Sequence record: OY723326.1
DNA: 9,011 nt
Reading direction: 5' to 3' (one strand)
In this document: one piece after another, positions 8,292 through 9,011 of the stretch
How the letters are laid out: each line of letters begins with the position of its first letter
Numbering within the stretch: the stretch's first letter is position 1
Notes under the pieces: generated by a model
Databases searched by the model: none
What the model was told of the DNA's origin: nothing
What the model saw: only the letters and a program-made list of their open reading frames with translations
Made by a program: the position numbers and the translations under genes

Positions 8292-8868
8292 TCGAGATGA
8301 GCGAATCCACTACTATTGCATATCATGGCATAATGAGCTATACAGAGTACTACAGGTATTGGGGGTATCCCTAATGGCAGCATATGCCCCATTAGAGGTA
8401 TACACCATATCCCCTAGTATCCCTTACAGCACATACCATGGATAGGTACTCATTAGTAGTATAGAATGTGTATGTCATGACACCAAAACACATGTTTCGA
8501 GACATCTAAACACATGGTTTGCACGTATGATCATATACAGTATCTAGTGATATACAGGATACTAGTAGTATGCACGGATGGTATGAGGGGTACGGGATAC
8601 CCCTACATCATAGCCTAACAGCATACACTACGAGTACTATGTATACCATGGATACTACATGTATACTACTACGGGTAGGTACTCATGAGCAGTATCATCA
8701 TGTAAACACATGATTTGATGACATGAATGTATACATCATGAGTAGGTATACACATCTAATACCACTAGTACAACAGCATACACACCATTAGTACCATGTA
8801 TCCTATGGTATACAGTACATGGGGAGTACGGGTACCATTACACCATGCAGAGGTGTATGGAGTACTAT
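8292..8868 (+). repeat. Monomer-like segment at the 3' end of copy B (start approximate)
   Basis: Offset 4351-4352 from 3940-4517. Confidence 0.65.
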
Positions 8869-9011
8869 GAGTATCTAGAGAGTACTAGTAGTATCATGTA
8901 TTGATACATCTAATGACATGAAACACATGGTTTGATGTATCTAATGATGTACTTAATGGATAGGTATACACATCGTATTAGTGCATAGTGTCTCTACATG
9001 GTCTATACACT
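8869..9011 (+). repeat. Right-flank monomer, homologous to 4518-4660 but much more diverged than the block
   Basis: It shares tatcatgta..atgacatgaaacacatg..ttgatgta with 4550-4600. By eye, identity drops abruptly from near-perfect to roughly three quarters at 4517/8868. Confidence 0.7.

Larger units (their letters stand above)
4963..8868. repeat. Large direct repeat, copy B
   Basis: Second copy of 645-4517. It is 33 bp longer because of one extra 12-bp minisatellite unit, a 21-bp insertion and several 1-bp indels. Identity is lower in the first ~55 bp, then near-perfect. Confidence 0.95.

Noticed and set aside
1-9011. Tandem copies as an artefact of a ~4.3 kb circular molecule assembled or amplified as a concatemer
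   Set aside because: A concatemer would make 1-644 match 4320-4962 and 8869-9011 match 4518-4660 at the same near-perfect identity as the rest. Instead the former looks inverted and diverged, and the latter is only loosely similar. The copies also differ by real-looking indels. Read-level checking is still advisable.
1-9011. rRNA, tRNA or other classical structured RNA genes
   Set aside because: I found no stretch resembling conserved 16S/18S, 23S/28S or 5S segments and no tRNA-like T-arm (GGTTCGAAT-type) or cloverleaf. Short resemblances, such as gtactatat inside the monomers, are too short to mean anything. An Infernal or tRNAscan run would be the decisive check.

Overview
I found no supportable protein-coding gene, rRNA, tRNA, CRISPR array or recognisable mobile element in this window. 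It reads as 9 kb of highly structured, apparently non-coding repetitive DNA. The longest ORF in any frame is 121 aa. The ORFs overlap each other on both strands and sit inside repeats, and their odd residue content mirrors the nucleotide motifs. The main feature is a ~3.87 kb block present twice in direct orientation (645-4517 and 4963-8868), near-identical by eye. The copies are separated by ~445 bp of satellite-like monomers, giving a 4.32-4.35 kb period. Each block is nested. It contains a ~270 bp element (X) twice, 1047 bp apart, plus arrays of ~170-240 bp CATG/GTAC-rich monomers. It also contains a ~2 kb mosaic of short motifs: CCAAAA...TTTTGG mini-hairpins in a ~22 bp register, AGACCAT, CTGAGGAC and GGGGTCTGG. 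The two copies differ at a 12-bp minisatellite (4 vs 5 units), a 21-bp insertion, a few 1-bp indels and scattered substitutions. The left flank (1-644) appears to carry the same monomer family in inverted orientation, joined to the first block at an imperfect palindrome centred near 651. Other elements are a 63-bp core conserved in four copies, a 19-nt alternating purine-pyrimidine tract and a six-tract G-quadruplex motif. The architecture resembles a eukaryote-style complex satellite or higher-order repeat more than a typical prokaryotic locus. I cannot assign a taxon or a function from sequence alone. All identities are by-eye estimates, not computed.
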